NCBI RefSeq assembly: GCF_023055435.1
Contig: NW_025963879.1
Span: forward strand, 24,676,001 to 24,740,000
Length of the DNA stretch: 64,000 bases
Origin: Haliotis rufescens
Taxonomy: Eukaryota
Direction: 5' to 3'
The notes under the pieces were generated by a model. It was not told the origin of the DNA. It did no database searches and worked only from the letters and a program-made list of their open reading frames with translations. A program made the position numbers and the translations under genes. Each line of letters opens with the position of its first letter. The first letter of the stretch is position 1. Below, piece after piece: positions 51,540-64,000 of this stretch.

Positions 51540-52560
51540 TGAGCTGTCTTTCTCAAATTCTGCACTACTTTAAATTAATCTGATATTATTTTACAGTACA
51601 TAGATTGGAGGCCTATTTATCAATGACACTTCGGTAAGCATTTAACCCACAGTCCTCCTATTGGTTTTTACAGTAGGGCAAATCGTATTCATATGTGGTC
51701 ACTTATCCCAGCATCCCATCCTAAAACATGTCGAAATCTTTCACTTGGTGTCTGAATTCAGATTTCGTTACCTTAAGATATTGCAAGCCCCATTTCCCAA
51801 GTTGGTGCGATACCTCATGAACATGAGCTTGAATATCACACGGAAAATACTTTGACCTCGATAATGTATCCGGTTTTAATATTTCATTAACAATGTCACT
51901 TCGTGAACCATTTATACCAGATACCAGTCAGTAAATATAACTGCCTCGTGGCTATATTCATGAACCCACCCTAAAGCTTGAAGAATAGCTATTGTAGTTC
52001 GGCAGGAAATACTGAGAGATGGTCATTAAGCCTGTACACACTTGAAGTGTACAAATCTGAAATCCAATATGCCCCAGCAGGATGAATTGTTGACGAATCC
52101 TTTGAGGCATCAGTAAACATGTGTGTAAAGTTGGCATAATGTTCAGAAATGATGTCCTGAAAAACTGATTTCATGACATTTGGACTCATTCTTTTGCTAA
52201 TGGTTGAATTGAGATGATAACAAAGCCCTGGTGTCAGAAACAGTCAAGGAGCAGAATCTGCAGGTGCAGAGGAACTGGCACTGTATAACTCCATACTTAG
52301 CCGCAGGTTTCTGAAAGTTCAAACCGAAGGGACCTTGCCATGTGTCCAATCGTGAATCACATTCTCAACATTAACAACATCATTGGCTGAATTATATTTG
52401 GGTTTAGATTCATTTCAGTTTGAGAAAATGTTTGAGACACATGTTCACAACGAAGACCTTGTGGCGTTTCTGCGTGTGCAACCTAGAGAGCTGAAACTGG
52501 GGTAGTTGCAAATGCACCAGTGCAAATTCGCAAAGCCTTTGACTGAATACGGTCAAATTA
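51540..52560 (-). mobile_element. Degenerate RNase H-bearing LINE (I/Nimb group), in duplication unit A
   Basis: HMFTDASK...YRLNDHLSVFPAELQ RNase H motif. Confidence 0.75.
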
Positions 52561-53228
52561 TGATCTATTGTTGCATCAATGTTACTTGTTAAAATGAATG
52601 TTTAGATTAATTACATGTCTGGCTCAGAATGAAGTGCAACAAGAATAGCGTGAAGTCATCGATATGGTTGAGGCACAGATAATTACAGCGACACTGTCGT
52701 AGTCTGACTAGAAAAAACCGATCCCTTCCATTGAACATGGAACAGTAATTTCTATTGAGGAGCCCTTGCTAAACAGTCTGTCCATCAGATAGTGATAACA
52801 CTTTGTATTCCTGTTTTCCAACTCGTTAAAAATGAATGGTCTGGCTTTAAACCGGAGTAGGTCTCCCTTTGTTCCAAGGTCCAAACAAGTGGACACAAAT
52901 GATTATGCTTCAATGCCCAGCAGCAGTTACAGTGTATTGTAATGTTTGCCAACACATAAACATCCCATTATCATTCGTTCGATAGCAGTGCACACACTTG
53001 TATTGCGTTGGCTTTCAACTCATTAGTTATTTCCATACTTGAATGTTGACTTTCCACATTAGTGTCTGTCCGATGTCATTACCGGAAAATGACTCTAAAG
53101 TAATGTAATTGCTTAGCTTGTGATAGCCCCATAGCACTGTACGTTCCCAAGGCAACATATCGTTTTTCTCGCAATGATTTACTCACGTGACTTCAACAAA
53201 GAGGGTTTTTTGCCACTCGAAGTTCAGC

Positions 53229-54398
53229 ATGGGTGCGTATCGGTTGTGTTTGGCGTTCCTGCTGTGTACGTGTGCCGTCACCGTTATTGGTCATATCAAC
53301 AACACAATGAAGACGGCAATGATAGCCCTACGGGCAGAACTTTTAACGAACCTAGGACCCAATGTACCGCCGATCACATTCGAAGGGAGTGCCATCAAAC
53401 TCAACTTCTCCGTCGCGTCGTTACATATAAACGATCTCAACTCTGCGACGGAGACTCTGTATTCAACGGCTTATGTCCTGATGGCCTGGTACGACAAGAC
53501 TGTCTCCTGGTCACCTGGCAACCACTCCGGCATCCAACAAGTGCAGTTCGACATATCCGAAGTGTGGACGCCCGTCTTGCTGCTTAGCAACTCCGTCGGG
53601 AATTCCGCCACTTTCTCGACCACCGTGCCCATCCTACTGACGGCTGATGGGAAATTCCTGTGGCAGATCCCAGCAACGTGGGCGACAACTTGTACAATCT
53701 ACATAGAAAGGTATCCTTTCGACGAACAGTTCTGTGACCTGATGTTCACGAGAGTTGAAGGCTTCCTTCTTGACATCACCGCCAACACCAGCATCGGCCC
53801 CAACACCGACATCGGCGTTCAGCCTGACACGACTGGTGAATGGGAGTTTCTCAGCGTCTCTTTGGTTACATTTGGAAAGGAAAGGCAACTCCCCGGCGTA
53901 CACTATCGCATTCACATGAAACGGAGGTACCTGTTCCACATGCTGAACGTTGTGTTTCCGATGTCTATCCTGTCGTTCACGAGCTCTATGGTGTTCCTAT
54001 TGCCGACGAGGTCAGGGGAAAAAATTGGCTTCGTTATGGCTGTGTTTGTGTCTAACGCCCTTTTCCTCACCTACAATCAAGAGTCGATGCCACACACCTC
54101 CAACTCCGTGTCCAGTCTGTCACTATATCTCACACTCATCCAAGTTCAGGAGTTTCTCACCATGTTAGGAACCATCGTTGTGCACATCGTCTATGATCAG
54201 CGAATAGTGAACCAAGAGTTGAAGGTGAAGGTCAACAAAGTAAAGGTAACTCCAGTCGACAGCGACGTCTCAGATCCCAAGAGAAGGTCTTTAAGGGATC
54301 GATTCCGAGAGGCCCCAGCTGACCGAAAACTGGACTGCATATTCTTTTGTATATCTTTCTTCTTAGCTGTACTTTCTTACATGACTATTATCTTATAA
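53229..54398 (+). CDS. Divergent nAChR-like Cys-loop channel subunit, copy B
   Basis: About 98% identical to copy A. The ORF-track start at 53187 is GTG here, which supports ATG 53229. Confidence 0.93.
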   Translation: MGAYRLCLAFLLCTCAVTVIGHINNTMKTAMIALRAELLTNLGPNVPPITFEGSAIKLNFSVASLHINDLNSATETLYSTAYVLMAWYDKTVSWSPGNHSGIQQVQFDISEVWTPVLLLSNSVGNSATFSTTVPILLTADGKFLWQIPATWATTCTIYIERYPFDEQFCDLMFTRVEGFLLDITANTSIGPNTDIGVQPDTTGEWEFLSVSLVTFGKERQLPGVHYRIHMKRRYLFHMLNVVFPMSILSFTSSMVFLLPTRSGEKIGFVMAVFVSNALFLTYNQESMPHTSNSVSSLSLYLTLIQVQEFLTMLGTIVVHIVYDQRIVNQELKVKVNKVKVTPVDSDVSDPKRRSLRDRFREAPADRKLDCIFFCISFFLAVLSYMTIIL

Positions 54399-54463
54399 CG
54401 ACGCAAATGCAAGGGACGGCATGTTGCAGCTTTTCCCAGAGTGTTAGTGGAGCACATGTAGCC

Positions 54464-54615
54464 ATGGTTTGGTATGGTACGGTATGGTATGGTATGGTAT
54501 GGTATGGTATGGTACAATACGGTATGGTATGGTATGGAATGGTATGGTACGGTACGGTACGGTACGCTACGGTACGGTATGGTATAGTACGGTATGGTAC
54601 GGTACGGTACGGTAC
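54464..54615. repeat. (TATGG/TACGG)n microsatellite; shorter counterpart at 51123-51175
   Basis: Direct reading. Confidence 0.95.
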
Positions 54616-55399
54616 CATTAAAGGTCTATTTGCACATCAAATGTCTTTAAACAAGGGCAGAGTGAGACATGTAAGTGACACGATTGACCAATCTGTTTCA
54701 TGATCTACTTCATATTTTCAAACCACATGTTATCACTAATTCATTTCTGAAAGGTCAGAACTCCCTAAATTCCCTAAAAGAACAGATAAGACAAAAAAGG
54801 AAAATCGTTAAAATGGTTTAAAATTTAATACACATTGTATGTCCAAATGAGATTTCTATGAGTGAGTGAGTCAGTGAGTAAGTATGGTTTTACGCGGCTT
54901 TTAGCAATATTCCAGCAATATCCTGGCGGGGGACACCAGAAATGGGCTTCACACATAGTACCCATGTCGGGAATCGAACCCGGGTCTTCGGCGTGACGAG
55001 CCAAAGCTTTAACCACTAGGCTACCCGGCCGCCCCAGGTTTCTATGATATATCAAAGTATCCTATTGCAGTCATGAAGCCTAAGGCGCCGCGATTCGCTG
55101 TGCAGAGTTGCGTTCCTTTGGCACGCCAGAAACCTATGATTGTGAGTTCGAATCCCGGTTCGCCCCGATTATGTTTCCAGGTTTGTCAGCACCATACCCG
55201 TGCTCGTGTGTTTCACCGAAGTGGTAAACGTCTGAGACCTGCATCACTTCGGGCTTTCCTCCCACAGTAAGCTGACACGCCGTGATATAACTGGAATACT
55301 GTTAAAAGCGGCGTTAAACCCAACTCACCCACTCACTCACGAAGTCTAATAATTACCGCTGAATTGAACCCAAGTTATGTCGGGGTCCAAAAGTGTAAT

Positions 55400-57210
55400 T
55401 AGAGAAATATGAGCTGTCTTTCTCAAGTTCTACACTACTTAAATTAAATCTGATATTATTTCACAGTCTCGGGAGTATTTTTCACCACAGTGAGTACATA
55501 GATTGGAGGCTTATTTATCAATGACACTTCGGTAAGCATTTAACCCACAGTCCTCAAGAAGAAGTCCAGTAATTATTACGTCCTTGCGTTTCTTTTACCG
55601 ATGGATTTTCCTATTGGTTTTTACAGTAGGGCAAATAGTATTCATATGTGGTCACTTATCCGAGCATCCCATTCTAAAACATGTCGAAATCTTTTACTTG
55701 GGGTCTGAATTTAGATTTCGTTACCTCAAGATATTGCAAGCCACATTTCCCAGTTTGGTGTGTCACCTCATTTCCATGCAACCAAACATGAGCTTGAATA
55801 TCACACGGAATATACTTAAGCTCGATAATGTATCGGTTTTTTATATCTCATTAATAATGTCACTTCGTGAACCTTTAATACCAGATTCAATTGCCTTAAC
55901 AGCTGCAATGGAGTCAGTAAATATAATTGCCTCGTGGCTATATTCATTAACCCACCCTAAAGCTTGAAGAATAGCTATTGTTGTTTAGCAGCAAATACTG
56001 AGAGGTGGTCATTAAGCCTGTACACACTTGAAGTGTGAAAATCTGAAATCCTGTATGCCCCAGAAGTATGACGAATCCTTTGAGGCATAAGTAAACATGT
56101 GTGTAAAGTTAGCATAGTGTTCAGCAATGATGTCCTGAAATACTGATTTGATGACATTTAGATTCTTTTGCTAATGGTTGAATTGAGATGATAACAAAGC
56201 CCTGGTGTCCGCAGCAGTCAAGGAGCAGAATCTGCAGGTGGAGAGGAACTGGCACTGTATTACTCCATTCTTAGCCGCAGGTTTCTGAAAGTTCCAACCG
56301 ATAAGACCTTGCCATGTGTCCAATCGTGAATCACATTCTCAACATTAACAACATCATTGGCTGAATTATATTTGGGTTTAGATTTATTTCAGTTTGAGAA
56401 AATATTTGAGACACAAGTTCACGACGAAGACGTTGTGGCCTTTCTGCGTGTTCAACCAAGAGAGCTGAAACTGGGGTAGTTGCAAAGCCTTTGACTGAAT
56501 GCGGTCAAATTAAGAAGGATGTCATTTTGAGGCAGACATAAATACCGCCAAAGTCAATTCTTGATACTATTAATGCTTTATATAGCGATAACACTGAGGA
56601 TATACCAGCACTCCACTTCCTTTTGGCAATGCATTTCATTAGATTATAATCGTATTACATTTGTCACAACATGAAATATGTGAGAACCCCGCGTTAATCT
56701 CTGATCGAAATAAACACCAAAAACTTAAACTCCCTTACAATTTCTATTTTGTGTCACCAACAGTCAGCTCTATAACTGAAGGAATTCTACGTCCGGTTAT
56801 CATAAACATGATTGGACTGAGAAATCTTTAAGCCACACTTAGGACACCACACAATGATGATATCTAACCATTTCTGAATTGATTCAGTGACAAACTTGAA
56901 ATTTTCAAAGCGTCTCCAAAATTGTCCATTCTGAACTGCAAACTATGCTGCATGTATATTTAATGGTAAGTCTGTGGAAAAAGTTATTTATCATAATATT
57001 TATTGCACTACCTTGTGGGGTACCATTTTCAATCAAATGTATACCAGTAAAGTCCTGTCCAATGCAAACTTGAATAGACCTTTGAAGAAAACCCGAGTGA
57101 ATCCATGTTGCCTTTTATCCCCAGATTCTGTAATTTGAATAGAAGTCTATTGCCTCCAGGTCATATCGTATGGTTTCTCAATATCGAAGACCAACAGCAT
57201 GTACCCTCTA
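55400..57210 (-). mobile_element. Same LINE relic in unit B, extending further into the RT region
   Basis: Homologous to 51540-52560; continues with GVPQG and FDIEKPYD-like RT remnants. Confidence 0.75.
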
Positions 57211-58534
57211 TTGCATTGACCCGTGGAGATTCGGGTTAGACTTGGTCTTCAGCAACCCATGCTTGTCGTAAGAGGCGACTAACGGATCGGGTGGTCGGGC
57301 TTGCTGACTTGGTTGAAGCATGTTATCTCATCCTAATTGCGTGGACCGATGATCATGATGTCAATCACTAGATTGTCAGGTCCAGACTAGATTATTTACA
57401 GACCGCCGTCATATAGCTGGAATATTGCTGACTGAGACTTAAAACAACATCCGACATTTGACTTTCGGCTTATTTACGCCAGAGTCTAATGAAATAAAAA
57501 TTGATTTAATTTGCTAGTTATCGCAAGCAAGGTTATTTAACAATAACTTAAAGCTTTGCTTTGCCAAGAGGACTTGTATTTCACTGATAATATGATTAAT
57601 AAAGAGTAAAATGATTTAATACTTTGTTTTACATTATTGCATGAAATGAAAATTTCTAAACGATCTCCGAGTTTAAGAAAATAAATGCTTTCTAAAAGTG
57701 TTTCCGTTTAACCTGTCGCGGACACTCAGTTTAAGTTTCTGACAATCAGACACAAGGATGAGGGAGCACTCTGATGCGTTCGCCTGTATATTAGTGATAT
57801 CAACAATACACAGGTACCACTGTACGGTTAGGTCATCATGTGACCATGTGTGATTTGCAAACCCCGTGAGACCCACTGAGTGAGTGAATGAGTGAATAGT
57901 TCTTCCCGTCACATCGGAACTATATGCAGCTAGTAGCGGTGTGTTAGCGGAGCCCATGTGGCCATGTCGCTGTAGCATATTGAGTTACCCGCCCTTGATG
58001 TAAACGTAAGTTCGGAATATCTCGACATAACTTCACCCATCAGACGTATAAATCACACACATATGCGTGGTTACCTTTCATACTGAATGGTATTCAAATC
58101 TAACACATTTCTTTATTGTTAGTTTCAAAGGAAAATTGCAAATCTCTGAAATCCTAATTGTAAACATTTTTGGCATTCAACCCCCGTTTTGAACATACGT
58201 AAAATGTATACAATTAATGAACATTGGAGTGTTTGTAGGATGTGGGATTTACAAAGTGTAAAGATACACCTTAATTATCTCATTTAGTGATAGGCTTTCA
58301 ACAAAAATATAATGACAGCATACACTCACTACTTATATTTGAACATTTTTTGTCAAAATGCAACCTCCTTTTCCACAAGAGTTTATCCGCGCTTGCTAAA
58401 GGACAAACTACAGATTGTATTATAAACCGCATTTAATCAACATCAAATAAAGATGTCCAAATAGCTGATGGATTCGAGATCGAAAAGTTTTGACACGAAA
58501 ATAGGTGACTTTCGCCACTGACGAAAGAAAACGA

Positions 58535-58647
58535 TGACGTCATCACAATTGTGTTGACGTCACATTTCTCAGGGAGATGAATCAGTCAGTCTGACTTCGG
58601 GAAACAGACAACACAGCCGTACGCTTCAGACAACTTGCTCAAGTAAG
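58535..58647 (+). promoter_or_regulatory. Candidate promoter and non-coding first exon for the small ORF
   Basis: TGACGTCA at 58535 and 58555, TCAGTC initiator-like motif at 58582, donor-like AAGTAAGGTGGGT at 58641-58653. Confidence 0.35.
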
Positions 58648-59958
58648 GTGGGTATCTTTCATTTCCGCATGAACTAGGGTAATAGTGAATACATTTCCCC
58701 ACTGACACCGTCAAGAGGCCCAGCTTGGTCAACTGTGATGGCGGTCGATCACAAGCCGGAATGGGTATCGTCGACTTATTGTTCAATATGTTTTGTGTTG
58801 AACTAGTTTTAAATTAAATCTTTGAGATGTTATAATTAAATGTGAAATGTAATAAATTAAAAATGTCTGATGTTTCAAATTAAATCTGTGAAGTAATTCT
58901 AATTATTTAACTAAGTTTTGCTTTGAGGTTTTTATTTAGTATAAAAATGCTACATATGCTAGTCGTGGTCCTAGTCACATCATGGCTGAAATACTGCAGA
59001 CTTGAATATAGAGATCTCTCACTCACTCACTCCACCCGTCGAGCACAGAAACATCCAAACTATCATAATTAACATGATTAATTATATTGGACATGACAAA
59101 CAGCAGGGCAAAAGAAAGTATGCACCCATATTTAATTGTGACTAAAATTGAGAAAAAGAAATGGTTATTCGATGGTGATGTATTTCATACGGGTATCATA
59201 GTTGTGTTTTAGACCTTAGGTTGCAGTGTTTCGGCGACTGTTTTCGGCCTAGTAACGTTTTGATAACGTTTGTAATTTTTTGTAAAATCTTCTTTTCAAG
59301 TGTATACTTTTTTTATTTAACCGAATCAACAAACTGTAAGCATAAAAACATGCTTATCTTTGCTCATGGTCGCCTCCGGGCTCAAACAAAGCTGATGCGA
59401 CGTAAAAGTTTTGATTTCAACTTTCCCACCCACACATAGTCTTCCGCGTGTGTTTAATACAAATCGTTCTAAGTATTTATCATCTACATCAACAACAAAT
59501 ACTGGACTTTCTATGTGGTATGCTTGTCGTGAGAGAGCATGACTAAATGGGACTGGGGAGTCTGTACAGAATGGCCAGGCCCGGGGTTATACCACTTTAC
59601 CGTGTACAATTTCACGCTCAAATCCAGTTTCTTAACCCCCTGTTTATAAAATGGACTTGTGCGACATTGCCGAGGTCGGATTTCAAAGCTCGTACATTTT
59701 ATTGACATCCTTAAAAGAGGCTACGCATAGAAAGGATGAGTTCCTCATGGTTTATTCTCCCTACAGTGTTTCCTTGTACGATAAACAACTTCCACTCCTC
59801 GTTTATTTCTTAATTAAGTATTTATCATCAAACTGATTTGCGTAAAAACGACATCTTTAACTCAAAATTCAGCTCAATAAACGAAGGTTGTGGATAATCG
59901 GAGTACGTTTTCGAGCTCAAGGTAGCCATGAACGCCCATAATCTGAAGAACGTTTGTG

Positions 59959-60318
59959 TAGGTGTGGAACGACATATCGGTTTTCATGCGACGATACGAT
60001 ACGTTTTTTCCTGTATCGATTCAAGACGATACGCTTACGAAAACATATTACTTACTACTTGTTTAAGAAAAGCAGCAATTTTTGCCAGTCAAATATTACA
60101 ATTTATTTTGTTATTAGCCTCCCAAATGTGCTACTAAAAATAGCTGCTAGGAACATTATCTTCAGCTAGTTTTTCCATGTGAACTTGTTCTGACATATTT
60201 ATAGACAAGAAGTTTGCACATGATTTGACGTAAATATGTCTATCGCAATATGTATCGTATCGTGGTCTTTGCAGTGATACGTATCGTATCGTGACTTTGC
60301 TGTATCGTTTCACCCCTA
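59959..60318. mobile_element. hAT-like MITE with cgatac subterminal repeats (related fragment at about 10911-10992)
   Basis: taggtgtggaacga ... tcgtttcacccta ends. Confidence 0.6.
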
Positions 60319-60368
60319 TTTTGAGTATCAACGAACTTCAGAACAACATCCATCTCGTCCTGTTGCAG

Positions 60369-60575
60369 ATGTCGGAGACAGCTGCAGCGACGTTCAACTA
60401 CTTGGCGGGGTATCTCGCCGCTATGTACCGGCGCCTCCCAGCAGCCGTCACCAGAGTCTGCAACGTGGTGTACAGCACCCTGGGGTCCGGCTCCACCCTC
60501 CTGGTCCAGGGGATGCAGGGTGCACGGCGGCGCTTCTGCTTCATGGTGGGCTGGACGAAAAAGAAGGCCAAGTGA
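60369..60575 (+). CDS. Unassigned 68-aa basic small protein
   Basis: ttgcag|ATG; about 57 of 68 codons end in G/C within an AT-rich context; stop at 60573-60575; AATAAA at about 60842. Confidence 0.6.
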   Translation: MSETAAATFNYLAGYLAAMYRRLPAAVTRVCNVVYSTLGSGSTLLVQGMQGARRRFCFMVGWTKKKAK

Positions 60576-60861
60576 ACGTCTCTTGATTTCCGACCTGATG
60601 CAACTCCTACAGTTTTCTCCTGTATGGTGTATATGGGAATTTCCTTGTTTGTTCTACGAAACATATGGTGTTAATGTCATAATTAAACTTTCATTGTCAT
60701 AGTCAGGACTGTTTTTTGTTCTGAATACAATGGGGCTGTGCGCCAGCTGCTAGTTTCCATAACAACCAGCCAGTATATCCAAGGCCATAGTTAACCGGGG
60801 CAAATATTTGTACAAGTATCACTTGTCCCAAACTTGATTCAAATAAAACTATAAAAACTTC

Positions 60862-60893
<32 letters not shown>

Positions 60894-63800
60894 GACAACA
60901 CCCCCACCCTCCGGGTTGGCTAGGGCACTGATATCCTATATGTAAATGCAGAAGTATTTTGCCACAGATTTAGTTCATGATAGTGATTCAAGTGAGAGAA
61001 TGAATGATATTTTATGTATATCCACATATGACACAGTCACATCACAACTGCCAGTTAATACGTATACAGTAAACTAAGGTTATAACTGTAGTTTGTTATA
61101 AGCATATGTACAGCATATATACAGAAAATGTCCGTGACCCCCAAAAAGTTGGTCATATCCATCAGTTTGTTATAAACGTAGTTTACTGTATTGTTGGTTT
61201 AGGATTTTTTATATAATGACACACTCAGCCATATTCAAGCTATATGATGGCAGTGTGTAAATATTCGAGTCTGGACTGGACACGCCAGTGTTTGATATTA
61301 TGAGCATCAATCAATGCCATCTGGGTACAATGACACCCAATAATACCGATCCAAGAGGTCAGTCTTATGACCAGCAGGCTGCTGGGGACATATTCTAACC
61401 CAGAAACCCCATGAGTATTTAATTATTACACATAACCCAGAATAATACATAAACATATAAGAATGCATTTGGACACTTCAGTTTACACACCCTTCTAGTC
61501 AGGATCCTAAAGGGAGACTCCCATCTGTTCCTGTGGTTCTGTGTGTGCTTGATATATACTACTGTAAAGAAGTTAAGGACCATCTGATTCTTTTATATCA
61601 TTATAGTTAACCTGTCATGCCATGACATACTAAGTATGATAATAGTATAAAGAAATCCAATCCGGCGTAGAACAGGTCTTCAGCAACCCATTATTGCTGT
61701 AAAAGGCAACTATGCTTGTCAAAAGAGGTGACAAATATGATGGGGTTGTCAGGCTCGCTGACTTGATTGATGCATGTCAATGTATCCTAATTGCGTGGAT
61801 CGATGCTCATGATGTCAATCACTGGATTGGCTGGTCCAGACTTGATTATTTACAGACCGCTGTCATATACTTGGAATATTGCTGAGTGCAGCATTAAACA
61901 ACAAACAAACAAACAAACAAACAAACAAAAAAAGAAGCGGTTGGTCCTTAACTTTTTTGAGCAGAATAATTGAAGATCGAGGAGCAATGATTCTATTTAT
62001 ATTTTCTGTATGGTTCTTCATTCCAGGCAAGTTATTTTTCTCTTAAAAGGTAGATCATGTTTTTCATTATCCCATATTTGTTAGTGACAGAAAATGACTT
62101 AAGAATCTCTAAAGAAATAACAACCTTGCTCTTTCATCTTATCATTTATCCCAGAGTCAAAATACAATTCGTACATACCCTGTTCACTCAACAAGTGGCC
62201 AGACATGGCACCATGGACAGAAACTAAAGACAAGAATCTTCCTCTGATAAGTTTATTTTCTATTTCATATAAAAATATATATATACTCACGCAATATGAA
62301 GTAAACAAGGTGTGTTTAACAAATAAACATGTCAACTGGCTGGTACTTAGCAAACTCAGGCAATATTGCACATCACCAATCTCTTGAGGGTTGTATCATT
62401 TGGACAGTGACAAGTCGGAATTCATGAGGTCTTGCATATTGAAACACACACAGAACACACAGGGAGAAGTCATAGTCGGAGTCAGTCAAACTTCTGGGCA
62501 TCCCTGTGAGTTTCAACATCATATTGGAACCCCATGTAACACAGGAAACACTGCTTTCATTTTGAAACGTAATTTTTTTATCTTCAAATTTTCCGGAATC
62601 ATCTGGTTAAGTCGATTTGGTGAAACCACTTTCATATCCCGGTATTCAGTTCAAGGTATGTGATGAGTGAGGTGGGACTACAAGTGGTAGAATCTAACAG
62701 TTTGAGTCCACTAGTCCTTATAATGATGATACATAGCAGAGCTACAGATAAGTTGTTTATTTGTGTAAAATACCCCCCCCCCAAAATGTTCAAAACCCAA
62801 TTACTTTCAATTAACGTGCATATAGAAACACATGCATTAAATGAAAAACTCAAATGTATAGAGTGTGTGAGTGAGTGAGTTTGGTTTAACGCCGCTTTTA
62901 GCAATATTCCAGCAATATCATGGCAAGGGACACCAGAAATGGGCTTCACACATTGTACCCATGTCGGGATTCGAACCCGGGCCTTCGGCGTGATGAGCGA
63001 ACGCTTTAACCACTAGCCTACCGACTGCCCCTCAAATTTATAGAAACAGCTCGCGTAAATACCCAATGAAGCTTTTTCAGCATGCATACAACGGAGCTAA
63101 TTTCCGAAACACAATTACAAGCTAATTTACTTTCCGAGTCAAGCCTATAGTTAGAACCGTTTTATATATCTTAAACATTTTATTTCTTTTAAATCTCAAA
63201 ATGTTTACTTATTTTGAGAAAAACCCAATAGAGTGATGAATAGATGAGAGAAAAAATATTGGTTAACCAATGGAAAATGTAATAATCCAATTAAAATAAA
63301 ACCTTTTAGTAAAAGCTCAATTGCTCAAAACGTAATCTGGAACTCTGATATAGCAAAACCCTTAAAAATGGCAAATTTCTACTATTCCTTTTGATACCTT
63401 AACTATTGGGAAGTTTGGTAAGGACAACAGGACTAGTGGCACTTTCTAACGCTGGATAACACTGCTTTGAGCAACAGTTTAGTAATGGTCAGCTTACTGT
63501 TGGAAGAAAGTGCAAAATAGCAAGTCCTTGATATTATCCCCTTACAGAAGCCCAAGTTAGTTTTCGGTAAAGATTAAGTGTCCAGTAAAACCAATTGTCC
63601 ATCACAGTGAGCCCAAAACGTTAGTCAGTAGGACACAATGAAAGCCTGCACCCTTAACTGCCTTAAGGCGAGGGTGTGGTCTGTCTGCAGTCAAACATCT
63701 TGAAATTTATGAAAACAAAATATTAAATTTTTTATGCACATACACAAGATATAAACAAAGTTAATAATCCAAGACAACATGCATCTTTGATTTGGTTAGA

Positions 63801-64000
63801 CTCGCTTTTCTCCAGAACAGACAGTTTCCAGTACACCAACACTCTCACTCCAGGACTGACACTCTGTAGGTATAGTCATGGATGCATGTTCACATCTATA
63901 GGGTAGAGGGCCTATGAATCTGTTTGATTTGGGGGTTGGTCATTTCCAGCGAGAGTACTACAAAAAGATGTCTGTGAGCTACATACCCATAAACACACCT

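Larger units (their letters stand above)
48990..56510 (+). repeat. Tandem segmental duplication (unit A about 48990-52560, unit B about 52561-56510)
   Basis: Each unit has the same upstream region, channel ORF, (TATGG)n and LINE relic in the same order. Confidence 0.9.

Overview
Eukaryotic, repeat-rich animal DNA, most likely a gastropod mollusc. Abalone (Haliotis) is my inference from the SINE families and gene set; it is not proven. Genes built by hand from splice sites and reading phase: (1) the 5' ten coding exons of a copine (CPNE3-like) on the minus strand, 13581 down to 1020, continuing off the left edge; (2) a divergently transcribed BTB-BACK-Kelch gene with a single coding exon (17308-19143); (3) two convergent 4-exon NXPE/PC-esterase paralogs (28145-34258 +, 40650-45250 -); (4) a recent tandem duplication carrying two intronless, about 98% identical Cys-loop channel genes that lack the canonical acetylcholine-binding residues; (5) an unassigned 68-aa cationic small ORF with strong coding bias (60369-60575). 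The rest is four SINE families sharing a 3' module, many MITEs with readable target-site duplications (TSDs), DIRS and LINE relics, and minisatellites. Best leads: the putative chemosensory Cys-loop pair, the microprotein gene, a minisatellite made of about 60 copies of a copine splice donor, a SINE+MITE composite that appears to move as a unit, and a SINE with a structured non-tRNA 5' head. All coordinates and counts are by eye and no database searches were run.
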